A stretch of 64,000 nt of DNA from Lama glama (taxonomy: Eukaryota), in contig CM052816.1 in NCBI GenBank assembly GCA_028534125.1, positions 63,862,001-63,926,000 on the forward strand, given 5' to 3'. This document shows, piece after piece, positions 26,579 through 38,390 of this stretch (positions within the stretch are counted from its first letter, which is position 1; every line of letters begins with the position of its first letter). Both the position numbers and the translations under genes were made by a program. The notes below the pieces were generated by a model, which saw only the letters and a list, made by a program, of their open reading frames with translations, was not told the DNA's origin and ran no database searches.

Positions 26579-27064
26579 TGGCGCTAAGTCTGTTCCTAAT
26601 AAGCAGTATTTCAGGAGCAATCGTGAAGGAGGTGTAAGGAGGAGCAAAGGGAGAGAAACCCAGCAGAAGCTGGCTGCTCTAGAAACAAACTAAGCGACTT
26701 TAACTGTGAGAGCTTCAGAGTTTAGATACTTGAGGCAAGACGGAGAAGGGAAAAAATGGCGACAAAGAGGCAATTATCATTTAAAATGTAGTGCATATTT
26801 GCTGAAACAGAAGGAATTGTAGGCTGTGAAAATGGCCTGTGGCAGGGAGAGTTGGAAGAAAAATAAACAAGCCTTATTCCATAAACAAGCCACCAGTTAG
26901 GAAAGATAGACCTGAAGATGGAGGAAAAGGTTCCAAACAGGACATTTTCCTCCTTGTTTTTTTCTGTTATTCTAACTGTGGTTATTGTTAGTGAGGAATG
27001 ATCTATGTTCTTAATAGTAATGAACTATTATTATACATATAAGACATATATCTCATGAAGGTGT

Positions 27065-27550
27065 TGTCAGCTAAAAATGTGCAACCTAGAAGTTGAGAGT
27101 TACATTTTATTCAGTGGACATTTCTGAGGACTTCAGCCCAGGATACGGCCTCTCAGCTAGCTCTGAGGGACTGCTCTGAAGAGGCAGGGGAAGAGCCAGG
27201 ATATATGGGAGTTTTTGCAACAAAAACCAGGTAGTCAGAACATCAAAAGATTACTGTTAACTAAAGAAAACTAGGTATCTCAGCTTAAGGAATTTAGTGC
27301 TTTTCTTTGTACGGGAAGGTGCAAAAGTCTGGGCTCAGTGAAATCACTGCTTTGTTGTGCACCAAACTATCTAGGGCCAGTATCCTGTTCTTTCCCAGCC
27401 TGAGTCCCCTCAGGGTGCACTTCTGGGGGTGGCTGCAGAGGCTGGGCTGCCTGCTTGTCTTGTCTCCACCCTGAGTTCCTGGAGGCTGATGACTTGATGG
27501 ACACAGCATCCTTTGTTTACTGATGTGGTAGGCGATATTTTTCCTTCACA
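27065..27550 (-). mobile_element. MER41-like (cetartiodactyl MER41_BT-type) ERV1 solo LTR
   Basis: TG...CA termini and near-TSD gtgt/gtgc. AATAAA on the minus strand at 27106-27111. The minus strand begins tgtgaaggaaaaatatcgcctaccacatcagtaaacaaagg. Confidence 0.75.
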
Positions 27551-27565
27551 GTGCATAGCACAGTG

Positions 27566-27700
27566 CAGTGTTTCCTAAACCTTAATATGTGTAGGAATCA
27601 CCCGGGGATCTTATTAAATGCAGGTTCTAACTCAGTGGGTCTGGGGCAGGGCCTGAGCATCTGCATTTCTAATGAGGTTCTAAGCGAGGACAACAGTGCC
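27566..27700. mobile_element. MER5A hAT-Charlie MITE
   Basis: gaatcacccggggatcttattaaatgcagg...ggtctggggcagggcctgagcatctgcatttctaa. Confidence 0.8.
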
Positions 27701-27709
27701 AGGCTGCAG

Positions 27710-27925
27710 CAGACTGTGGAGCCAAACCGCACAGGTTCAGTCCTACCTCTATTACCTATATCTGTGAAATGAGGTACATTCTTAGCCTCTTTTCCTCAGC
27801 TTTCTCATCTGTAAAATGGGGGTCATAGCAGTACACAGTACCTCACAGGGGTGTTATAAGGATTACATGAGTTACTGTATATCAAGCACTTAGACCAATG
27901 CCAGGCACATAATAGGTGCTGTATT
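27710..27925 (+). mobile_element. MIR SINE
   Basis: cctcagctttctcatctgtaaaatgggg...aagcacttagaccaatgccaggcacataataggtgct. Confidence 0.8.
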
Positions 27926-29249
27926 ACATCCCTTTAGTTTTCAGTAGGTGCCACTGGCCAAGGCAGTATCTAACAGCTTTAAACCACGATCACTGAGCCT
28001 CCACAGTGCTGTAGTTCCTCCCAGGCCCTGGGCCGTACTGGTGGCAGCTTCTGGTGGCAGCCACCAGTCCTACTAGTGGTGCTAATTAAGGAGCCCATTC
28101 AGAGCCACTGCACTGAGACTACCTCAGAAAAAGAGAACCCACTGAAAGGATTTCAAAGAGAAAGAGCGAGCTTGACCATTCAATGTGCTTCACCTGGTGG
28201 AAATGTCACCAGGTTCAGCCCTGTGGGGCGACTGGGGCCTCCACACAATAGATATTTCTACATGCAGGACTAGTGCTGGGACGGTGCTCAGATAGCGCGT
28301 TTGAAAGAATTTCGAGCCTAACCTGAGGGCCCAGCGGATAGCTAAGATTGCTGCACCCGTGTGCCCTTCTCTCCATGAGAACCAGGCAGTCGCTTGGCCA
28401 CGCCAGCCAATGAATAGACTCTCTATTGTTGTTTGCATCCTGCCCCTTTAATCTGCCTCCAGCAACCCTGTAGACACCCTAATTGGTCCTCTGGATCCGG
28501 CATGTCAGCTCAGCTCTGTGTTCATGGCCCGCTTTCAGCTCCCTGCTTGCTTGGCACATTGCTCTGTTCTCATAGTTTTCTGATGTTAAAACGCAGCTTT
28601 TAGAGCTTGAATGATCTTCATACCATTTCTGCCCCTCTGTAGTAACTGTCCAGAAAAACAGCTGCTAATCTCAATTAGGTTTTGATTGCTAATTAGCAGC
28701 TACCTGTCAGGATCAAGCAGCCCTCTTCCTGGTCCCCTCAGCTATTTCTCATGCAACTGGTACCCTTGGTTTCCATGAGAACCATTTAGCTAGATGCCTT
28801 CTCAACCAAAACTGCCACCTCCTCTGTGGCTTTTTGTAATATCCAGTAAGCTCTGAGGTTCCTTGTCCACTTCCCTGCTCCCTGGTTTTCTTAATTTCAT
28901 TGTCCAACCAGTTTCCAGTGAAAGCCACTCTGCCTCTATTGCCGGTGTGTCTTGAAAGGGAAATCAGGGGATTAAGAAGTCCATTAATTGAAGTCGGGTT
29001 AAGAACACATGCTTTAAAATTTCATCTTTAGACTTCTGTTTTCCAGTCCTGCATGTGAGAAGCTTGGGAGGTACCACTGCATCCTAACAGGTAAAAAGCT
29101 GAACAAACTGGAAAGCCATTGACTGGAACATCTGATTCTTTCAAACTGTTCTATCACTTCCCTGGGCACAGGGGGCCAGAGAGGACGTAGACACATGTGC
29201 TTCATCTTTTTACCATGATTTACTTTCCCTTTGTGACTTCTTCTCAGTA

Positions 29250-29870
29250 ATTTATGTTTAAAGAGGATTTATTCTATATTTACCTCTGGCATTTAGTAGG
29301 TTAAAGGTCACCCATGGCAGTTAATTTTAGAATGGTAATTTAACTTTGTTTTTCCAAATAGTTAACCATCTGTCCCATTAACCATTTATTCAATAACGAT
29401 TCTTTTTCTCACTGATTTGTGATACCACTTTTAGTATACATTTAGTCTGTATACATACTGGGGTCAAATTCTGGGCCATCAAACTCATTAAATGGATCTG
29501 TCTGACAATTCTTTTGTCAGCAGCACACTGCTTTAATTATTGAAGTTGTATCATCTGTTAGGACCAGTTCTCTTTCATTAGTCCTTACTTTCAGTATATT
29601 CTTGGCTATTTTTGCTCTTTATCTTTAAAACGCCCTTGTCACACTCCCCTCTCCCAAACTATCTTGTATTTCTTGCGAGAATTTCATAAATCTATTAAGT
29701 ATTTTGTGAAAGACTAGCATCACTTTTTCAATGCAAAAAACATTTAAGACTTCTTTGACATATCTCAAACTTTTGTGGTGTTCTGCAGAGTCACATACTT
29801 TCCTAGGCGTTTTATCTTTTTTGTTGAAGTTATGAAATGGGACTTCATTTTTCATTACAGTTTCTTATTC
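29250..29870 (-). mobile_element. Ancient L1M ORF2-derived fragments, antisense
   Basis: ccatttattcaataa, cacactgctttaattattg and ttcttggctattttt L1-antisense motifs. Confidence 0.55.
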
Positions 29871-30572
29871 CCATTTTGAGAGAGATTAGGTGGTGGAGTA
29901 GAGGGAATATATGCAAGAAGGCCCTTTTTGTAATAAGAGAATTTGATGTGAATTGGGAGTTTTGGCTCATGGAAGTGGGTGTTTATTTTAGATTTCAATA
30001 TACTTGAATTAATAGCAATGCTTGGTGGTTCTTGACTCAATATGCTTGTATTATGCTGAAGTTTTACAATAAAACAAAAAGAATGCTAAAAATCTAATAA
30101 CAGGAACGTAATTCAGAGTTAAGTTGCTCTTCAGTAGCCAGGGACAATGGAATGCATCAAGCATACAATTAAGCAGATACCCTCTTTTTCATTTTATCCA
30201 AGGCCAGTTCACTTAGCGCCTGAGTATCACTAGAATGTGTTAGCCCCTTAACAATATTTTTTAATTTAGTTGATATTCCCAAATGATCTTTCCAATTTTG
30301 AATGACATTTTGTACATTGCCTTTAGTTCAGAAAACAGAATGTATTCTTCAGGTGATAAAATCTTGTTCTGGGACTTAAATTCAGCTAGGCATGCTCTGA
30401 AGATATGCTAACATGAAAAGTAATGTTTCATGTTTCATTATACTGAGGGTGATATATAAAATTTGAAGAAAAGATTATCTTAGAAGAAGAGCTTACTTAA
30501 AAAGTTAAACAACCATAATTACAAAAAAAAAAAAAGAAAGGAAGAAAATCTCACAGTATTCATCAAACACAA

Positions 30573-30764
30573 AGTATTTCATCTGATCTAAGACACTACT
30601 AATTATAAAACATAGCATTATTTTGTGTACTGCAAAGAAAGAAAAAGATTCTACCAGGTAAATTACATCATACTGTAGATTATAAGGCTCATCCTAGTTT
30701 CAGAGATTTTAAAATTGGGGGTGGGGGATGGGGTGGGAAACGTGGTTTCTAGAATCAATGATAC
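30573..30764. mobile_element. Ancient Tigger-like MITE
   Basis: Imperfect TIRs gtatttcatctgatctaaga / tctagaatcaatgatac. Confidence 0.5.
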
Positions 30765-31127
30765 ATCTTAGAATGCTTTGAACTGTAACTAACAGAAACC
30801 TGATCCAGAAATATGTTGGCTCAACATCCCTGGAAGCTGAGAAGGGCAGCTTCAGGAAGGGGCTGATCTAGAAGTTCAGTATTGTCATTAAGGACCCCCT
30901 ATTCTGTCACAGGACCAATTTCATTCTCCAAGGCTCATTCTCCTCTAGATAAAAACACAGATGCCAGCAGCAAATGGGCTAAGAATTCCATGTTCACATC
31001 AAGTCAAAGGCAGAGAATTATTTTCAAAAAATTAAAAAGAAATGTCCTAGATGTCCCTAGCCAACTTCTTATTGTGTTCTCAGCAATCCAACTCCAAACG
31101 CAGTCATCTACCTGAACAAACTACTCT

Positions 31128-31752
31128 CTGAGCTGTGTTGCCCAATATGGTGATGACTCACTGTTATGGTCACCTGCAGAGGCAGATGGACTCCCACCTA
31201 AAATTTGGTTCAGATGTTGAGATGATAATGCTATACACACACAGCAAGGGTATGAAAAGTTTCATAACTTAGATAACTGAGGTTTCTGGGGAGAGCAGGA
31301 TGGGCCTCTCAGGCAGGTTTGAAATGGCCTAAGAGGGCAGAGGAAGGACGCTGGCCTGGTTTTGTTTTTGTTTTTGTTTTTGTTCTAATAGTCAGGGGTG
31401 GGGCCAGTGGGAGAGTTCCTAGGTGCTGGCAGGAGTTTATGTGGTCTGAATCTCCCACCAGTGCCAAAGGAGAGAGCACCAGGCTTTCCTCTAAGCCTGC
31501 ATCAGCGTGGGCACCAGGGGAAGGGAAGGGTGAGGCTTAAAAGCTGTCAGCAAACATCAAAAAATGGCGTGAGAGCTCTCATTATACTCACCAAATGCAA
31601 CTGTTTACACTTCAATTAATTAAAATGAAATGCAATTTAAAATTCCATTCCTCAGTCACATTGGACACATTTCAGGTACTCAGTAGCCACATGTGGCCAA
31701 CTGACAGAACATTTCCACCATCCCAGACAGGACTGTTGGACAGTGCTGGTCC
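31128..31752. mobile_element. MER3-like hAT-Charlie element, interrupted at 31162-31586
   Basis: gctgtgttgcccaatatgg...cattcctcagtcaca...tcagtagccacatgtggc...ttggacagtgctg. Confidence 0.75.
31162..31586 (-). mobile_element. ERVL solo LTR (MER54/MER73/MER74-like)
   Basis: TG start and perfect 5-bp TSD ctcac at 31157-31161 / 31587-31591; aaatttggttcagatgttgaga...gggtatgaaaagttt. Confidence 0.75.
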
Positions 31753-31758
31753 CTACGG

Positions 31759-32090
31759 CAGAGGTCAGCAGGCGATAGCCCATGGGTCAAATTTTACCTA
31801 ATATCGGTTTTTGTATAGCCTACTAGCTAAAAATGGTTTTCACATTTTTAAACGGCTGAGAAAAGTCAAAAGGAGAATGATATTTCAAGATGTGAAAAGT
31901 ATATGAAATTAAAATTTTAGTGGCCACAAATAAAGTTTTCTTTGAACTCAGCCACATCCACTCATTGATGTGCTGTCTGGGCTGCAGTCAGGCTCCAGTG
32001 GCATGAGTAGTTGTAGCAGAGACTGTATGACCACAAAGTCTAAAAAAGCATTACTCTCTGGCCCTGTCAGGAGAGGTCTGCTGACCCTCG
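31759..32090. mobile_element. MER58B-like hAT-Charlie element
   Basis: TIRs cagaggtcagca / tgctgaccctcg; aataaagttttctttgaactcagccac. Confidence 0.8.
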
Positions 32091-33341
32091 ATCTGCAGGA
32101 ACAGGATGACCCGTATCCATTCAGGTTCACTCCTAGGTGCGGAGGGTGGGTCAGTTTCCTCTAAGTCTCATCTGGTATGTGGAGGCCTGGGGGATACCTG
32201 AACAAGCTCAGAGTTCATTGGGAAGGAAAAAGCAGAGTAGGCCACCGCCAATGCCTGTTACATATAATAGGGAACATAGACTAATTTTAACTTCTGTGTG
32301 GAACTGAGCTGATCAAAGTGGATCTCTCTGCTCAGTAAGCAAATGGCATTTCTTGCTATAGCATTGCAACCTTTCCACGCTGAGACACAACACTTGAATT
32401 CTATTTTATGTTCATGATTTCACACAAGACCCATGCTTTCTCAGTCCTGACATATAAATTTTACATTCATCCATCTGATTTCATTGTGACTGCTGGTATG
32501 CTTAAGACAAAATTTCAAACCAATTCCTCGTGCCACAACCTTCACCTTCATTTTTCTCCCTTACCCACCTCATCTCCCCTACCTCTGCCTCTTGATTTTT
32601 TTGGTCAGTTACTTAAATTTCTTACTTTAAAAGATCCCTAATTAACTTTGGTGAGATTATTTTTACAAGTAAGAAAACAGTTTTAACTGTAGAGACTATT
32701 GATTTTTAATCTGTAGAAATTTCATCACTACTCATTCATAAATTGAGGTTTCTGTCCCTCTCAGAACAGAACACACACTCTAGAAAATGGACTAGAACAG
32801 ATTTCATTGATGTTACAGGAAAAATTATTAAAACACCTTTTCATCTCTTTAGTATACCATGGTTGTGAATATACAGGATATAATGTAAGTGAATTCTAGA
32901 ATTAGAGACTAGGATCTCTTACCTAGAAAATCTGAGGTAAATGTGACTCTGAAATGTCTTATTTTTCTCCCCAGTGGGTTTATCAAAGTGGAATTTCAGT
33001 ATAATTCAAATAGATGAGTGTTCTTGTGAATGGTCAATAAGTTCTGAATCAGAAGCCTGGGCACTGACTTTGTAAACGTTATAACATCACAGTTCTTTCC
33101 ATTGCTTGTAATAGATAAAGTTTGTGAATTTTAAGGAGTGAATGGATTGAGAAAGCTAAAAACAGAAGAGGGATCTCAGGTGAGAATATTTTATAAAAAT
33201 ATAAAAGCTGTTGTGATACTGATGTTGTGGAAGCCTAGAAAAAGCCCACCGTTGCTCTGATTGCTAATTGGTTTTAAATGGAACAAACTGTGGACTTTTA
33301 AAAAATGGGAATACCATTTTTTCCCACTACATGGAATACCA

Positions 33342-33373
<32 letters not shown>

Positions 33374-33504
33374 GGAGGGGGGGAGGTAATTAGACTTATT
33401 TATTTATTATTATTTTTTGATGGAGGCACTGGGGGTCGAGCGTTGAGCCCAGGACCCTGTGTGTGTTAAGCATGCAGTCCACCACTAAGTTATATCCTCC
33501 CCCC
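33342..33504 (-). mobile_element. tRNA-derived SINE (camelid vic-1-like)
   Basis: Minus strand reads ggggaggatataacttagtggt (A-box-like)...gtcctgggctcaacgctcgacccccagtgcctcca (B-box-like), then an AT-rich linker, ctaattacctccccc and an A/(GAAAA)n tail. Confidence 0.85.
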
Positions 33505-35339
33505 ACCAAATTTTAAAATTTGTGTCACTCCTGAAGTTGTTGTCTTCTTAAAAACAAAAGAGAAAAGTGTCTTTATTGAAAGCATTTATAACTTTTGCCA
33601 CAGATGGAGTTTAAAAAAAAAGGTACACAGCCCTATTGAAACAGCTCCCCATCTCACCCTCTGCTAACCAGGGTGGGAGGGTCAGCAGGTGCTCCTATGC
33701 ACCTGAATCTGACGTGCATCACTGGATGGAGGGAGGCTGCTGAGTCCCTGAGGAATGGGCTGTAGGAAGCAAATGAGACTGAGTGTCAAGGAAGAGAGAA
33801 AACAGAGAGGAAGAGCAGGATTGTGTTTATGTCTGATCAGTTTTCCTTCCTGCTTCTCAGAATATAGAAAGTTTAATCTTCAGGTGGGGACAGTAAGAGG
33901 CAGGACAGAGAAGTTGTTTGCACCTTGCATTCCAGTCATGCAGAGGCCATGTGACCACATCTGCCCACTGCGGTGCTCTCTGAGGCCAGGCTGGGAGGAC
34001 TGTCCCCTGCAGTTGCCCCCACCGTTAAGGCCCACCTTTGCACCCTCTGTCACGAGGCATGACCACCCAGTTATTTCAAAATCGTCAGCCTGCCTAGTAC
34101 AATAGCAGTGGAAGAGGTCAAGCTGGGCTTTGCTCTCCCCCATGCCACCTGAACTGGCTTTCATTTGGGGGAGGGAGCCAAGGAGTAAGGGCTATAGATA
34201 CTAGGTATCATCTGAGTGTACAATGTTAATACTTTCCTTACCTCTCACATCTGCTTCTCCAGTTTGCACATGCTTTTTTCTGTATACCCTTTGAAGTTCT
34301 TTGAAGACAAAGAAGCTCTCTGTCCCTTCCCCAGAAAAGTTCCACATGCAATAGGGTCCTTTCAAGCAAGCTTTTAATCACACCAGAAACAGGTTTGCCC
34401 TGTAGTTTCCTGAATGTGGCTGGCATACTGCAGGTCTTGTTATTCTCAAATTGAAGATATTTCCCAACACCTGAAGATTATGTGTCTAGGTACCTTTGAC
34501 TAGAAAGGCTGTGCTGATCACCATATTAAAATAATAAAAATACCATTATGTTTTTGATGGTAGAGTCAGGTTTAGTTCATCAGAACTGGTTTGCAAGATT
34601 CCATTTGTTTCTGTGTTTAAAATAGTGTCAGGTTGACAAGTCTTTTGTTCCCACACTATCACATCGGCTTCTATTCTAATCTGTGTGATACCCGGACAAT
34701 ACAGATAAGCTAAACATGGTTTAATCAATTCTGACTCTTCTGATCTGACTGATACTTTTGCCTGGATTTTGATTAATCAGAAATGTAGAGAATATTCATG
34801 CCTCATCCCGTAGTTATGACAGGTGCACACTTGGCTTTTCATATGTTCATAATGATGCCACAATTCAGAGTGTCCCTTTCATCTGACATACTACTAATTG
34901 AATGATTTCTTTTCTTTTTTGAAATAATAGAATAGCCTGTTGGCTTTATACTTTTGAAATGGGAAATGGGAAATGTGGTTTAGAAAAGCTTCTGTGAAGT
35001 GTTACCAAGGGTAAATAAATTTGTAATGAGGTAATTCACATACTCTCTCAACATAAGAGAATTTCTAAGGGTTTTATTGACTTGATGAGGAGAATAATGG
35101 AAAAATATCCAAAATGGACTCTGTACAAATATCAAAAGATTCAAATCAACATGGAAGGTGGATATCACTTTACCTTCAAGGGGAGTACATTTTTTTTCTG
35201 TTCTCCATCAGGACCTTTAATTCCAAATCGCTGAAAACACTGTGAAAGGAAAGGTAGAGGAATGGGTGGAAAGAACAGGGTCTGGTCTCAAACACAGGAC
35301 AGATCTCTGGTTATCTCGTCAAAAGCAAACAGATACTTT

Positions 35340-38300
35340 CTATTCATCTGCGGAATGCAGAAAGCTAGAAATAGCATCATGCTTCTCCTTACAAAAACAA
35401 CAACGGCAAAGCATCAATACACACACAGAAACCAGACAGGCAGCAAATCTGCAACAACATCAATTTACCCTGTCAGACAGCTAAGGAATGACAGATGCCT
35501 ACAAAGAGGTGAGGTGAGAACATTGTCTTCCCTGGGACAGATGCAGCTAGACGCTGATAGAGGGACTCAGCTAAAACTGTTAACAGACTGAAGCCTGAGT
35601 GTTGGTTAACAAAGGCTGAGTGCAGGTGAGTAATGTAGAGAATATGGAACTGCTAGGGGCTTGAGGTTTTCACCTACTTGTACTCTCTTTTCCACTAACT
35701 TCAGCAGGTGCCCAAAAAAATAATGGTGAGGGTTTGGAAGTGCATGCTTTCAGGAGGTGAATGGTCAGACAGTGGGAAAGGGAGGCTCCCCTTCTCCCTG
35801 ATCCTTTTCCCCACCCCTTCTGTGGAACACAAACCTTGTACTATGTGAAGAAAGGCAACAGACACTGTCACCCTGAGGTACTGGTGAAAACCCGTTGCAG
35901 CGGAGAAGAAAACAGAAAAAATTAATCTTCTAAACTTTGGGCAGGGGCAGGAGTATTGAAAAAGCAGTAAAAACCCGTAAGACTCAGGGATAGTGTGACT
36001 ACCCAAGTCTGAACAATAGAGAACACCCTGTCACCATCACCAGGTTAACAAGTGTCAAGTAACAGTGAATTCTGCTGGGAGCACTGTAAAAGTGTGGAAA
36101 GAGACTCTCTCTGAGGTGCAGCAAAAAGCAATGACCTGATGCTAAAGGTGAAGCAGACATTGAGAAAAACCCCATATTGAACCAGCCCCCATCCTAAACA
36201 CAAGTCATCACTAGAGGAATCTGAAGCCTTTGGTGGACTGTGGGTAGCCATGGCAACTGTGAACCCTCAATCCAGCTCAGCTCCTCACTAGACTGATTCA
36301 AAAACTCCACAGTAAAGGCCCAGCATAGAAAAGATATGCCCATTTCCAGACATAAGATGATTTATCTCAGTCTCTATATATTACACAAGACATCCAGCTT
36401 TCAACAAAACATTATTGAGGCAGGTGAAAAAATAAGTAAAAACAACACACTGTAAAGAGACAAAGCAAACAACAGAACCAGACTCAGATATGATGCAGTG
36501 CTGGAATTTTCAGATGAGGAATTTAAAACAACCATGATTAATATGCTAAAGATACTAATGGGACAGGAGGACTACACAAAGGCAAGATGGGTATTTTCAG
36601 TAAAGAAATGAAAACTATAAGCAAAGATCACGTGGAAATGATTAAAATTAAGAAGACTCCACAGTTATAAAGCTAAAGAATGCCTTCAATAAGTTCATCA
36701 GCAGACTCAACACAGCTGAGGAAGGAATTGGTGAGCTTGAGGATCTGCCAAAACTAACAGTAAATAAATGGAACAGAGCGTTGAAGAGCTGTGGGAAAAT
36801 ACCAAATGGTCTAGCACATGTGAACTTAGAACCCAGAATGAGAAAACAGAAGAAATAATGGCTGAAATTTTTCCAAAATTAATGGCAAATAGCAAATCAC
36901 AGATTTAAGAAATTCAGAGAAGTCTAAGCAAGATAAATAGCACATGCGTGCGCACACACACACACACACACACACACCCCTAACCACATCATATTCAAAC
37001 GCAGCTAGGAAAAAAACCACATTGCATATACACAAAGATAAGAAAGACAACAGACTTCTTGTCAGAAACTACACAAACCAAAAGACAAGAGGGTGACAGT
37101 TGTATTGAGAAGGAAAAAGCAAACAACTGTCAACTCAGAATTCTACCTCTGGAAAAAATATCTTCTAAGAATGAAGTAAAGAGTTTATCAAACAAAAATA
37201 CAGTATTTATTGCCATCATATTTGTACAGCAGGACATGTTTTTAAAATGTCTTTAGGCAGGAGGAATATGTTATCAGACAGAAACTTGGGTCTACACAAA
37301 ATTAAGAACTATGGTATAATATAAATTCATATTTTCTTACTTTTAAACTCCTCTAAAAGATAACAGAGTACCTAAAGTAAAAAAATAATTGACTCTCAAA
37401 ATGAACACATAATTTTCTTGAATAAATTCAACATCCATCCATAATTAAAGCCTCTCAACAAACTAGGAATAGAGGCAAGCTCTTCTGAGATAAAGCCATC
37501 TTCTAGGAGTCTACAGCTGACATCATATATGATGACTGAATAGTGTCCTCCTAATAATGAGAACAAGGCAAAATTTTCTTTTCTTACCACTCCTATTCAA
37601 TATTGTACTACAAGTCCTAGCCAGGGCAGTAAGGCAATAAAGAGAAATAAGAGGCATACAGACTGGAAAAGGAGAGATAAAATTCTCTATCGCAGATGAT
37701 GTAATTCCCTATACAGAATCTACAAAAGAGGTCCTAGAACTGATCACTCAGTTCAGCAAGGCTGCAAGGTACATGGTCAATATACAAAAATTAATTGTAC
37801 TTTTAGCTATAAGTAATAAAAAATTAAAATTTGAAGTTAAAAATAACAATATCATTTGCAGTAGTACCAAGTGCAGAATCTATATCCTGAAGAAACAGAG
37901 ATATATTCGGTTTATATATTGGTCTCAGTATTGTTAAACATATCAGTTCCTCGAAATTGATCTAGAAATTCAAAGAAATAGCATTGAAAAACCCAGGACG
38001 ATGTTTTATTCCTATTGATAAGTTGTTTATAATATTTATATGAAAGAAGAAAGGAACTAGAATAGCCAAAACAATTTTGAAAAACAAGAGAGTTGCAGGA
38101 CTCACACCAGCTGACATCAGGGCTTAATATAAAGCTGCAGTTATCAAGACAGTGAGTTTTTGGTAAAAGGATAAATACATAGATCAATGGAATAGATAAA
38201 GTTTCTGGAAGTAGACTCACACATATGTGACAACTGTTTTGTGACAAAGGTGCAATGACAATACAGGAGGAAATGGTAGTCTTTCAATACATGGATGTCC

Positions 38301-38390
38301 CTATGCAAAAAAATTTCACCTTAGCCCATATTTCACACCTTTTACAAACCTGACTCAAAGTGGATTGTAGACTTACAGATAAAATGTATA
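35340..38390 (+). mobile_element. Ancient L1M element: 5' region, ORF1 and internally deleted ORF2
   Basis: ORF1-like agaagaaataatggctgaaatttttccaaaatt; ORF2 RT-like ttaccactcctattcaatattgtac and gcagatgat (ADD motif); agaatagccaaaacaattttgaaaa. Confidence 0.85.

Larger units (their letters stand above)
30765..32262 (-). mobile_element. LTR33-like LTR split by nested insertions (pieces ~30765-31125 and ~32091-32262)
   Basis: ttagaatgctttgaactgtaactaacagaaac start; end ...gggaaggaaaaag...gtaggccaccgccaatgcctgttaca. Confidence 0.6.

Noticed and set aside
28038..28062. Tandem ctggtggcagc repeat as CTCF sites
   Set aside because: Matches only the 3' half of the CTCF core; more simply a short local duplication.
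33430..33504. tRNA gene
   Set aside because: tRNA-like head of a SINE with degenerate A/B boxes, a SINE body and an A-rich tail.
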